Assembly (NCBI GenBank): GCA_002269645.1
Contig: NIVC01000995.1
Coordinates: 324,100-388,099 of the forward strand
Source: Macrostomum lignano
Taxonomy: Eukaryota
Direction of reading: 5' to 3'
DNA: 64,000 bases
The translations under genes and the position numbers were made by a program. The stretch's first letter is position 1, and each line of letters opens with the position of its first letter. Shown one piece after another: positions 13,701 through 25,400 of the stretch. Under the pieces are notes generated by a model, which saw nothing but the letters and a program-made list of their open reading frames with translations, had not been told where the DNA came from and made no database searches.

Positions 13701-15192
13701 ACCGGGGTCTGCTGGACCAGTACAAGGACACGTGAGCTACCCAGTTATTTTGCAGGGGGCTTTGGTACTGCCGCTAATCTCAGTCGACAGCCAGTCCCAG
13801 GCCCACTCCGCTGACTCGGATTCGTACGCAGGCACGCGCTCACACAGGGTGTACAGCGGCCCTGACTTTCTCATTGTCAGGCATGTACACTCTCTGCGCT
13901 GCAGGGGGCTCCGGGCATCCCGACACAGCGGGGAGGCGTCGCCGCCCATTTCTTAAACACCTGGCGAACACGGCAGCCGGTGCTGCGGTGTCGCGCAGGG
14001 AGATCCGGTGGTGCAGGTGTCCGCAGTGCGGTCCTCCTCCGGAGAGTCCATTAGAAGGACTCTGCCCCCTATAGAGATAAGCACCTGGGATTCCATGAGC
14101 TGATCACCTGGGATTCCATGAGCTGATCACCTGGGATTCCATGAGCTCATCACCTGGGATTACATGAGCTCATCACCTGGGATTCCATGAGCTCATCACC
14201 TGGGATTCTATGAGCTTATCACCTGGGATTCCATGAGCTGATCACCTGGGATTCCATGAGCTCATCACCTGGGATTACATGAGCTCATCACCTGGGATTC
14301 CATGAGCTCATCACCTGGGATTCTATGAGCTTATCACCTGGGATTCCATGAGCTGATCATCTGGGATTCCATGAGCTGATCATCTGGGATTCCATGAGCT
14401 GATCACCTGGGATTCCATGAGCTCATCACCTGTGATCCCATGAGCTCATCACCTGAGATTCTATGAACTGAGCACCTGGGATACCATGAGCTCAGCACTT
14501 GGGATTCAATGAGCTGATCACCTGGGATTCCATGAGCTGATCACCTGGGATTCTATGAGCTCATCACCTGGGATACCATGAGCTCATCACCTGGGATAAC
14601 ATGAGCTCATCACCTGGGATAACATGAGCTCATCACCTGGGATAACATGAGCTCATCACCTGGGATACCATGAGCTCATCACCTGGGATACCATGAGCTC
14701 ATCACCTGGGATAACATGAGCTCATCACCTGGGATACCATGAGCTCATCACCTGGGATAACATGAGCTCATCACCTGGGATAACATGAGCTCAGCACTTG
14801 GGATTCCATGAGCTGATCACCTGGGATACCATGAGCTCAGCACTTGGGATTCCATGAACTCATCACCTGAGATTCTATGCAATGGGCGCATTGATATTAA
14901 ATAATATCTTTCATTCAATTCAAATGCAACCCTCCCAACCCGACTCAGTTACTGGTCGGAGATAAAATGCTCATCAAACGACTATCTGATCAACGCGAAG
15001 GAGCTGAACTCAATCCATATCGAGCAGGTGTCCGGCATTTTCATAGTGCTGGCCTGCGCACTGGGCCTGTCCTTCATTGTGCTGCTGCTTGAGCACGCGT
15101 TCTACCAGCTGCAGCTGTACTGGCACCGAATGGCAAGTTCTAGTGTGAAATATGGAATTTTGAGTAGTCAGTTTTTTCAGTGGATGAATTAA
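4759..15192 (+). CDS. Divergent ionotropic glutamate receptor family subunit (multi-exon)
   Basis: Exons with GT/AG: 4759-4858 (signal peptide MSQPNPGFLRSLFATILLLTIAASAAKSQTIKI), tentative 4971-4995, 5589-5684, 5725-5818, ~7894-8166 (HLIIGGYNGTVSAIASELGIPYY), 9013-9182, 9300-9353 (FWIITDL), 9583-9708, 9801-9914 (GILGQLHF..GTRRN), 11619-11741, 12399-12542 (QPFTM..YYGFSISVL), 12878-13731 (FLSPLFPFSWNVW-M1, M2, M3, S2) and 14949-15192 (YWSEIKC...SGIFIVL-M4). Order ATD-S1-M1-M2-M3-S2-M4 is typical of iGluRs. Phase of the 5818/7894 junction is unresolved. Confidence 0.85.
5905..7690. repeat. 20-bp intronic minisatellite (gtgtcactagaaacacaggg)
   Basis: Visible tandem array in an iGluR intron. Confidence 0.95.
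8195..8945. repeat. 15-bp minisatellite (ctgagtgacagtgtc)
   Basis: Visible tandem array just after the donor at 8166/8167. Confidence 0.95.
9987..11601. repeat. 20-bp minisatellite (ccaagccaccagatccccaa)
   Basis: Visible tandem array; source of the WLGIWWLG ORFs. Confidence 0.95.
11845..12310. repeat. 21-bp minisatellite (atagatacgagtcgatctacc)
   Basis: Visible tandem array. Confidence 0.95.
12600..12870. repeat. Degenerate gataatcc-type short tandem repeat
   Basis: Visible in the intron before exon 12878. Confidence 0.8.
14078..14875. repeat. 23-bp minisatellite (cacctgggattccatgagctgat)
   Basis: Visible tandem array in the last iGluR intron. Confidence 0.95.
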
Positions 15193-15390
15193 AGTACCTT
15201 TAACATGTAGCGCATAGAAACGATGGGTGCGGTGTGTGCCTTCCTGTTAGTCTGAGCATTCACTGCTGGCTAAATGGTAATCGCTAAAATTCAGGTATGC
15301 ACAATGGGATTTGATGATGCGTGGAAAAATTCTATATCTTTGCTGTATTGACTAAGATTGCAAATTAGGGATTCGAGTCCAGGACCTTAA

Positions 15391-17032
15391 ATGCAAGCTG
15401 TGGGAGCTTTGGCTACATACATGATACTGAGACTTGCCAACCACCTGCGCTCATTCCAGAAGGTGAACTCTCGCCTTGAGTTCATGAAGCCATATCAGGC
15501 CGAGGTCACAAACGTGACGCCCAGCGGCATCAGGGTGCGAGTGCAGGGCTGGGTGGAATTCCTGCCCAACCAAATGCTGTCGCCGGACCCCACCAAGGTT
15601 GGTGCGACTGCGCTGATTCATGCTTTGAGAACGAAGTGGCTGGGATCACGGAAGCTGGCCCAGTAACTGGGGATCTGGGAGGCTGGCCCAGCAAATGAGG
15701 ATCTGGGAGGCTGGCCCAGTAACTGGGGATCTGGGAGGCTGGCCCAGCAAATGAGGATCTGGGAGGCTGGCCCAGCAAATGAGGATCTGGGAGGCTGGCC
15801 CAGCAACTGAGGATCTGGGAGGCTAGCCCAGCAACTGAGGGTCTGAAAGGGGGTGGTAGGTGTATCTGGCTCTCAGATAAAATCGAAATTCCCGAAATTA
15901 TCTGTAAATCAGCTTCGAAAAAATTGAAAAAAAAGTTTATTGCAAATCGCATTTTCAAAAATTATGTTTTTAATTATGCTGGTTGTCAAAGAAGCGTGTA
16001 GAATTCTGCTTGCTAGTTTGAATAATCCTTCTTAACTTACATTATGTAGGTTATACAAAAGTGTTCGCGCCATCGCAGAGTGCAGAGTACAGAGTGCAGA
16101 GTGGAAAGTGCAGAGAGGAGATAGCAGAGTGCAGAGTAAAGAGTACAGAGAGCAGAGTGCAGAGTGGAAAGTGCAGAGAGAAGATAGCAGAGTGCAGAGT
16201 AAAGAGTACAGAGAGCAGAGTGCAGAGTAAAGAGTACAGAGAGCAGAGTAAAGAGTAAAGAGTACACAGAGCAGAGTTCAGAGAGCAGAGTGCAGAGTGC
16301 AGAGTGCAGAGTGCAGAGTGCAGAGTGCAGAGTGTAGAGTGCAGAGTGCAGAGTGGAGATAGCAGATAGCAGAGTGGAGAGTACAGAGTGCAGAGAGGAG
16401 ATAGCAGAGTGCAGAGTGCAGAGTACAGAGTGCAGAGAGGAGATAGCAGAGTGCAGAGTGCAGAGTACAGAGTGCAGAGAGGAGATAGCAGAGTAAAGAG
16501 TACAGAGTGCAGAGTGTAGAGTGCAGAGTGCAGAGTGTAGAGTGCAGAGTGCAGAGTGGAGATAGCAGAGTACAGAGTCATTATTGCCTGTTCCGCGCCA
16601 GCGCAAGATTTCAGAAGCCGGATTTCACAGGGGAGCAAAAAACTTCAAACGGACGCAGCCACTGACAAAGTAAGGATTCTGTAAATCCAGTAAAAATGCC
16701 GCGTCATCGAACCCCCCCCCCTCCCCGATAGATTTCATGATCCATCAAACGCAGCCGAAATCCGAGGGGGGGGGCAACCCGAGTCTGGCTTCTTGCAATT
16801 CGATGTTCTGCCGTCGATCGCTCTTCATCATTTTGCTGTTTACACAATCAAACGACCGCAGCTTCCTCCCTCCGCATCGCCCCCCCCACCGCAGAAAATG
16901 ACGGCCGCCGATTTGGAGATTCGCATCGGCGACTCGGTTGAGGTTGTTTACCTTGGCAACGATCCAAAAACTGGAGAGCGATTGTTCAGACGGAACGCCG
17001 AGTCGGTTGAAGTTGGCAAAATTGGCATCTGA
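15391..17032 (+). CDS. Small S1 RNA-binding-domain protein resembling the C-terminal S1 domain of PNPase (2 exons)
   Basis: Exons 15391-15597 (donor AAG|gttggt) and 16895-17032 (acceptor ccgcag|) join in frame: LEFMKPYQAEVTNVTPSGIRVRV...FLPNQML...ADLEIRIGDSVEVVYLGNDPKTGERLFRR. This parallels the animal PNPT1 S1 domain as recalled (LEFGAVYTATITEI..GV.V...LEVGQEIQVKYFGRDP..G). Confidence 0.6.
15655..15840. repeat. 28-bp minisatellite (gaggatctgggaggctggcccagcaact), short array
   Basis: Same unit as the array at 19735-21395. Confidence 0.9.
16075..16575. repeat. gtgcaga-type 7-bp degenerate repeat
   Basis: Visible array in the S1-gene intron. Confidence 0.9.
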
Positions 17033-17410
17033 GAATTTCGGTGCAAATGATTGATGAAAATTGGCGAACCCTGGTTGATCGATTGAACACTTATTTTTTA
17101 GCGACTCTACCGACATTGTCGCGAAGCTTTGCTACTTGAGTTCGTTTTCTCCTGTTCATTTCTTAGAATACAGGATCCATTTTCTTCGTGTATTTTTACC
17201 ATTTATCCAAAGCGAACCGATGTGACTTGTGCAGTATCTGAGCACAGTTTCATGTCGAGTGTTTCTTGGCGGTCAAGAGAAGCTCAAACTTAAATATAGC
17301 GACTTGCTTAGTATCACAGACTCATTGAAGCGCTTAGAATTACCTAGTGGGCTTCGATAGAGCGTGGGTTCAGTGCCCAAAGATTCAACTGTCCTTCATT
17401 AAGCGGGTCT

Positions 17411-18615
17411 GTGATTCAGATTCTCATAGTTCAGATTCTCATGGTTAAGATTTTCATGGTTCAGATTCTCATGGTTCAGATTCTCATGGTTCAGATTCTC
17501 ATGGTTCAGATTCTCATGGTTCAGATTCTCATGGTTCAGATTCTCATGGTTCAGATTCTCATGGTTCAGATTTTCATGGTTCAGATTCTCATGGTTCAGA
17601 TTCTCATGGTTCAGATTCTCATGGTTCAGATTCTCATGGTTCAGATTCTCATGGTTCAGATTTTCATGGTTCAGATTCTCATGGTTCAGATTCTCATGGT
17701 TCAGATTCTCATGGTTCAGATTCTCATGGTTCAGATTTTCATGGTTCAGATTCTCATGGTTCAGATTCTCATGGTTCAGATTCTCATGGTTCAGATTCTC
17801 ATGGTTCAGATTTTCATGGTTCAGATTCTCATGGTTCAGATTCTCATGGTTCAGATTCTCATGGTTCAGATTCTCATGGTTCAGATTCTCATGGTTCAGA
17901 TTCTCATGGTTCAGATTCTCATGGTTCAGATTCTCATGTTCAGATTCTGTTGCAGATTCTCATGTTGCAGATTCTGTTGCAATTCAGACTGTTGCAATTG
18001 AGACTGTTGCAATTCAGACTGTTGCAATTGAGACTGTTGCAATTGAGACTGTTGCAATTGAGACTGTTGCAATTGAGACTGTTGCAATTGAGACTGTTGC
18101 AATTGAGACTGTTGCAATTGAGACTGTTGCAATTGAGACTGTTGCAATTCAGACTGTTGCAATTGAGACTGTTGCAATTCAGACTGTTGCAATTGACTGT
18201 TGCAATTGAGACTGTTGCAATTCAGACTGTTGCAATTGAGACTGTTGCAATTCAGACTGTTGCAATTGAGACTGTTGCAATTGAGACTGTTGCAATTGAG
18301 ACTGTTGCAATTGAGACTGTTGCAATTGAGACTGTTGCAATTGAGACTGTTGCAATTGAGTCTGTTGCAATTGAGACTGTTGCAATTCAGACTGTTGCAA
18401 TTGAGTCTGTTGCAATTGAGACTGTTGCAATTCAGACTGTTGCAATTGAGACTGTTGCAATTCAGACTGTTGCAATTGAGACTGTTGCAATTGATACTGT
18501 TGCAATTCAGACTGTTGCAATTGAGACTGTTGCAATTGATACTGTTGCAATTGAGACTGTTGCAATTGAGACTGTTGCAATTGAGACTGTTGCGATTGAG
18601 ACTGTTGCAATTCAG
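17411..18615. repeat. Two abutting 15-bp minisatellites (ggttcagattctcat; gactgttgcaattga)
   Basis: First array 17411-~17945 grades into the second, ~17946-18615. Confidence 0.95.
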
Positions 18616-19452
18616 ACCGGTGGGTTCGCCTTTCTAAGTTTCCATTCACAGTTTTTGTTTTTCAGACGCTCACCAGGCCTCTGCTTTCCAAGCAATTGCT
18701 TCTTTATTTCCTGAACTAAAAGCCTGTTTTCTGCCGAGCCACTCTCACGACTGCTAGCGAGGCGCAGGCGACCCGGTATTAAGCCGAACCTGGCCGCAGA
18801 AATAACATTCCTGAGCGGCATTGGGTCTGCCAGTTGGCTCCTGGGCAGCAGCTGCAGTTGGCGCCAGGCAGTTCAAGCAGGTCAAAGCAACAGCCAGCGA
18901 ATGAGGGCAATTGCACAGCCTGGCTACATGGACTCCGCTGCTGCTGCTGCTGCTGCTGCTGATGTTGCTGCGACTTTGCATTAATGAAAGCAAAAGTAAG
19001 AGAGGAGACAGACAGAAATGCAGATGCAGCTGTTAGTGCCTAGGCGCCATAGCTATCCACCTATATCAACCGCATTCTATACACTTTACTAACGTAAAAA
19101 CTTGATCTTGACCTTGATTGGCAGACAGATAGAAACTGCCATCACTTATCGCATCACTTGTCATATAGCTTAAATTTGGGCGCTAATACTAGATAGAATC
19201 AGATACTGTCGCGAGCTACCAACAAGCAAGTGGGCAGGGGGGGTTAGCTATAGTGAGAGAGACCATCTGGCATCTGATTGGCTAGCCGCTGCCACCACTC
19301 TGTAAGCAAAGCGGAGTCCGTACCGCACTGCGCGGGCGCCATTAAAAAAGGAAAGAAATCCGAGGGGTCCGCGGCGACGGCGGCAAGTTCTTGACGAGAC
19401 TGGGCTGACTACCGCGACTCTTCCACGACTTTGACAGAACTGGCAGCAGGGC

Positions 19453-22400
19453 ATGCTCACTCCCAACGCCACCTTCGGCATGGCGGCCGCTGCGGCCAGC
19501 AACGCCAGCTCCTACCCTGCGGGCCTGAACTCCAGCCTGGACGCGAACACCACCTACGACAACGGGACGACGGCGACGTCAGCGATGTCCATCGGGTTCC
19601 AGCCGAGATTTGGGCCGCTGCAGATTGTCATGACCAGCCTGCTGCTGGGCATCATGATTCTCTGCACCATTGTTGGCAACGTGTTTGTGGTGGCGGCCAT
19701 CATCTTGGAGAGAAACTTGCAGGTGAGACCGGATTAGGGATCTGGGAGGCTGGCCCAGCAACTGAGGATCTGGGAGGCTGGCCCAGCAACTGAGGATCTG
19801 GGAGGCTGGTACAGCAACTGAGGATGTGGGAGGCTGGCCCAGCAACTGAGGATCTGGGAGGCTGACCCAACAGCTGAGGATCTGGGAGGCTGGCCCAGCA
19901 ACTGAGGATCTGGGAGGCTGGCCCAGCAACTGAGGATCTGGGAGGCTGGCCCAGCAACTGAGGATCTGGGATGCTGACCCAGCAGCTGAGGATCTGGGAG
20001 GCTGGCCCAGCAACTGAGGATCAGGGAGGCTGGCCCAGCAACTGAGGAGCTGGGAGGCTGGTGGCAAAGAAACTGAGGATCTGGGAGGCTGGCCCAGCAA
20101 CTGAGGATCTGGGAGGCTGGGCCAGCAACTGAGGAGCTGGGAGGCTGGTGGCCCAGCAACTGAGGATCTGGGAGGCTGGCCCAGCAACTGAGGATCTGGG
20201 AGGCTGGGTCAGCAACTGAGGAGCTGGGAGGCTGGTGGCCCAGCAACTGAGGATCTGGGAGGCTGGCCCAGCAACTGAGGATCTGGTAGGCTAGCCCAGC
20301 AACTGAGGATCTGGGAGGCTGGCCCAGCAACTGAGGATCTGGGAGGCTAGCCCAGCAACTGAGGATCTGGGAGGCTGGCCCAGCAACTGAGGATCTGGGA
20401 GGCTGTGGCCCAGCAACTGAGGATCTGGGAGACTGGGCCAGCAACTGAGGAGCTGGGAGGCTGGTGGCCCAGCAACTGAGGATCTGGGAGGCTGGCCCAG
20501 CAACTGAGGATCTGGTAGGCTAGCCCAGCAACTGAGGATCTGGGAGGCTGGCCCAGCAACTGAGGATCTGGGAGGCTAGCCCAGCAACTGAGGATCTGGG
20601 AGGCTGGCCCAGCAACTGAGGAGCTGGGAGGCTGTGGCCCAGCAACTGAGGATCTGGGAGACTGGGCCAGCAACTGAGGAGCTGGGAGGCTGGTGGCAAA
20701 GAAACTGAGGATCTGGGAGGCTGGTGGCCCAGCAACTGAGGATCTGAGAGGCTGGCCCAGCAACTGAGGATCTGGGAGGCTAGCCCAGCAACTGAGGATC
20801 TGGGAGGCTGGCCCAGCAACTGAGGAGCTGGGAGGCTGGCACAGAAACTGAGGATCTGGGAGGCTGTGGCCCAGCAACTGAGGATCTGGGAGGCTGGCCC
20901 AGCAACTGAGGATCTGGGAGGCTAGCCCAGCAACTGAGGATCTGGGAGGCTGGCCCAGCAACTGAGGAGCTGGGAGGCTGTGGCCCAGCAACTGAGGATC
21001 TGGGAGACTGGGCCAGCAACTGAGGAGCTGGGAGGCTGGTGGCAAAGAAACTGAGGATCTGGGAGGCTGGTGGCCCAGCAACTGAGGATCTGGGAGGCTG
21101 GCCCAGCAACTGAGGATCTGGGAGGCTAGCCCAGCAACTGAGGATCTGGGAGGCTGGCCCAGCAACTGAGGAGCTGGGAGGCTGGCACAGAAACTGAGGA
21201 TCTGGGAGGCTGTGGCCCAGCAACTGAGGATCTGGGAGGCTGGCCCAGCAACTGAGGATCTGGGAGGCTAGCCCAGCAACTGAGGATCTGGGAGGCTGGC
21301 CCAGCAACTGAGGAGCTGGGAGGCTGGCCCAGAAACTGAGGATCTGGGAGGCTGTGGCCCAGCAACTGAGGATCTGGGAGGCTGGTGACCCAGTAAGCAG
21401 TAACTGGGGATCTTGCATGGCTGTAGGTTAGACATGGAAAAAGTGCAGTGAAACGTACGGATTTGAAAGCAATCTGCAAAGAGATCAATACCAAGCGCTA
21501 TTCAGCGTATTAAAGAAAAGTTTCTGTTTCTTTTACTTGACAAAAATCTACAAAGGCTCCCGCTAAAAACCCAAGCTCTTGCGATTCCACATGAGAACCG
21601 GGCGGCTGGGCCGCCCCCGAGGATTTCGGGTCACCGATCGTCTTCACAGAGAAAAGGAAAACAGACAAAGACAAACAGAACGAGGCGCGGCTGGGGACTG
21701 AGGATCAAAGCGGGATGGGGGAACTAAAAGCAAAGTCTCTTTGGCTGTAAAGAGGAGAAATTCGACAGCTTTTAGTGCAAATTAGCGGCGGAGGAAGAGG
21801 CGGGCCGGAATTGCAGGCGGGAGGCAGGGAGACAAGGTGAATGCAAAACAGGGGGCGGATCAAGCAGTCGTCATCATAGGCTATGCAGAACATTCTGTTG
21901 CTTTAAAAGCCTCCCAGATAAAAGACTCGACCAATTCGAGACGAAGTATCCCTTGGGATGAACTCCGGGGGTGGGGAGGGGAGGTGTGTAGCTTTGGCTG
22001 CTCAGTTGCTATGCAAGCCGGCTTACTTCAAAGGGGAAGCTACCTGAGCACAGCTGCTGCGCTACTCCTATATCTACTAAATATGAAAATCCGAATGCGG
22101 GTCATAAAACACTGCTCACTTCAGATAGGTCAGTCCCTGTTTATTGGTCGATTGAGTTCCATACATTGCTGCGAGTTAGTCCAGCTTTGAGTAGGGGTTC
22201 GAGAGCTAGGGAGATTAGTAGTCTCATCGACTAATGAGATTAGCGACACTTGAGCCGCGGAGTGAAGTCGCTGCTACACTTTTGAGTACGTTTTAGCCGG
22301 ATACTATTGAATTTGCCCAGCGGTGCAAATGAGATATATCACTATGAGCGACTGAGTCTCTCTAGCTGATGTCTCACCGGTGTCTCAACCGATTCTCTCC

Positions 22401-25400
22401 AGCTGATGTCTCACCGGTGTCTCAACCGAGTCTCTCTAGCTGATGTCTCACCGGTGTCTCAACCGAGTCTCTCTAGCTGATGTCTCACCGGTGTCTCAAC
22501 TGAGTCTCTCTAGCTGCCGTCCCACCGGTGTCTCAACCGAGTCTCTCTAGCTGTTGTCCCACCCCGGTGTCTCAACTGAGTCTCTCTATCTGATGTCCAA
22601 CCGGTGTCTCAACTGAGTCTCTCTATCTGATGTTCAACCGGTGTCTCAACTGAGTCTCTCTAGCTGATGTCTCACCGGTGTCTCAACTGAGTCTCTCTAG
22701 CTGATGTCTCACCGGTGTCTCAACCGAGTCTCTCTAGCTGATGTCTCACCGGTGTCTCAACCGAGTCTCTCTAGCTGATGTCCAACCGGTGTCTCAACCG
22801 AGTCTCTCTAGCTGATGTCCCACCCCGGTGTCTCAACTGAGTCTCTCTATCTGATGTTCAACCGGTGTCTCAACTGAGTCTCTCTATCTGATGTTCAACC
22901 GGTGTCTCAACTGAGTCTCTCTAGCTGATGTCTCACCGGTGTCTCAACTGAGTCTCTCTAGCTGATGTCTCACCGGTGTCTCAACCGAGTCTCTCTAGCT
23001 GATGTCCAACCGGTGTCTCAACCGAGTCTCTCTAGCTGATGTCCCACCCCGGTGTCTCAACTGAGTCTCTCTATCTGATGTTCAACCGGTGTCTCAACTG
23101 AGTCTCTCTAGCTGATGTCTCACCGGTGTCTCAACCGAGTCTTTCTAGCTGATGTCCAACCGGTGTCTCAACCGAGTCTCTATCTGATGTCCAACCGGTG
23201 TCTCAACCGTGTCTCTATCTGATGTCCAACCGGTGTCTCAACCGAGTCTCTATCTGATGTTCAATCGGTGTCTCAACCGAGTCTCTGTCTGATGTCCCAC
23301 CGGTGTCTCAACCGAGTCTCTGTCTGATGTCCCATCGGTGTCTCAACCGAGTCTCTGTCTGATGTCCCACCGGTGTCTCAACCGAGTCTCTGTCTGATGT
23401 CCCATCGGTGTCTCAACCGAGTCTCTATCTGATGTCCCACCGGTGTCTCAACCGAGTCTCTATCTGATGTCCCACCGGTGTCTCAACCGAGTCTCTGTCT
23501 GATGTCCCACCAGTGTCTCAACGGATGAACTCAGACAGCAGTGGCTATTCGAACTCAAGCTGGCCTCAACTATGATACACAATTAAGCATGAGTTGCGGC
23601 ATTTACCCACCAACCGAGTTAGTTATGAGAGAAGAAGCGAATTGGCAGTTCAAGAAAATTATCCTGCCCCCAGCATTGGAATTTTCTGTCAGCTAAATAT
23701 TAATAAACCCCTTGGGGTGCCGAATGGAGAAAAGTGTTCGCAACTGTGTCCCGGAAAATTCACAAGCAGTTTTGCACCAGCTGATTACTAATCGGTTGGC
23801 AATAGTTCGTGCCTAAGATGCCACATCAGCCCCAGGGGCAACTGGGGGGGGGGAGCAGGAGAAGGGAGATGTGGGAAAACGACGGCCGACCTGCAGCCTG
23901 GCTCGGGTCCCGGCCTGGCCTCTCCAGATGGCCGGATGGCCGGCGGACATGCTGGCTGGGTGCATTTGCCACGCAGATGCACCCAGCCAGCGAGGCTTGA
24001 TTGACACCGGCCCGTCTGCTTGCAGGAGCAGCTTAATTATATTAAATTATCTTCCTGCGGTGCCAGACCATTCATTGTTCATCAATTTTGCCAGCCCTTT
24101 CTATAGCATGGGAGGGTGGTACTCAGAGAGTACTCATCGATGCCAAACCGGTCCATCTTGATTAATTAATATCGGGAGCTGAGGTGCAGCATCCAGGATG
24201 ATGCAAATTCGCGTCCGGAAATTGTCTAATTGCCGAATTACGAAACCGCAAACCAAACAGAGAGTTGTAGGCAAACTTAGTCACCTGCCTACCTCTGCCT
24301 CTCCATCTCGATAGAAGGGATTTTCCCTGATTAGCATCCTAAACTCCAATCCAAGAGACAGTGGCGCCTCACTAAGAGACAGTGGCGCCTCACTAAGAGA
24401 CAGTGGCGCCTCACTAAGAGACAGTGGCGCCTCACTAAGAGACAGTGGCGCCTCACTAAGAGACAGTGGCGCCTCACTAAGAGACAGTGGCGCCTCACTA
24501 AGAGACAGTGGCGCCTCACTAAGAGACAGTGGCGCCTCACTAAGAGACAGTGGCGCCTCACTAAGAGACAGTGGCGCCTCACTAAGAGACAGTGGCGCCT
24601 CACTAAGAGACAGTGGCGCCTCACTAAGAGACAGTGGCGCCTCACTAAGAGACAGTTAAGAGACAGTGGCGCCTCACTAAGAGACAGTGGCGCCTCACTA
24701 AGAGACAGTGGCGCCTCACTAAGAGACAGTGGCGCCTCACTAAGAGACAGTTAAGAGACAGTGGCGCCTCACTAAGAGACAGTGGCGCCTCACTAAGAGA
24801 CAGTTAAGAGACAGTGGCGCCTCACTAAGAGACAGTGGCGCCTCACTAAGAGACAGTTAAGAGACAGTGGCGCCTCACTAAGAGACAGTTAAGAGACAGT
24901 GGCGCCTCACTAAGAGACAGTGGCGCCTCACTAAGAGACAGTGACGCCTCACTAAGAGACAGTGGCGCCTCACTAAGAGACAGTGGCGCCCCACCAAGAG
25001 ACAGTGGCGCCCCACCAAGAGACAGTGGCGCCTCACCAAGAGACATTGGCGCCTCACTAAGAGACAGTTAAGAGACAGTGGCGCCTCACTAAGAGACAGT
25101 GGCGCCCCACTAAGAGACAGTTAAGAGACAGTGGCGCCTCACTAAGAGACAGTTAAGAGACAGTGGCGCCTCACTAAGAGACAGTGGCGCCTCACTAAGA
25201 GACAGTTAAGAGACAGTGGCGCCTCACTAAGAGACAGTTAAGAGACAGTGGCGCCTCACTAAGAGACAGTGGCGCCCCACTAAGAGACAGTTAAGAGACA
25301 GTGGCGCCTCACTAAGAGACAGTGACGCCTCACTAAGAGACAGTGGCGCCCCACCAAGAGACAGTGGCGCCTCACTAAGAGACAGTGGCGCCCCACCAAG

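Noticed and set aside
13732-14074. Short ORFs after the main iGluR exon
   Set aside because: Intronic; the reading phase continues correctly into exon 14949 instead.
17411-21494. VQILM, LQLRL and QPPRSS repeat ORFs
   Set aside because: Minisatellite translations in intergenic or intronic DNA.
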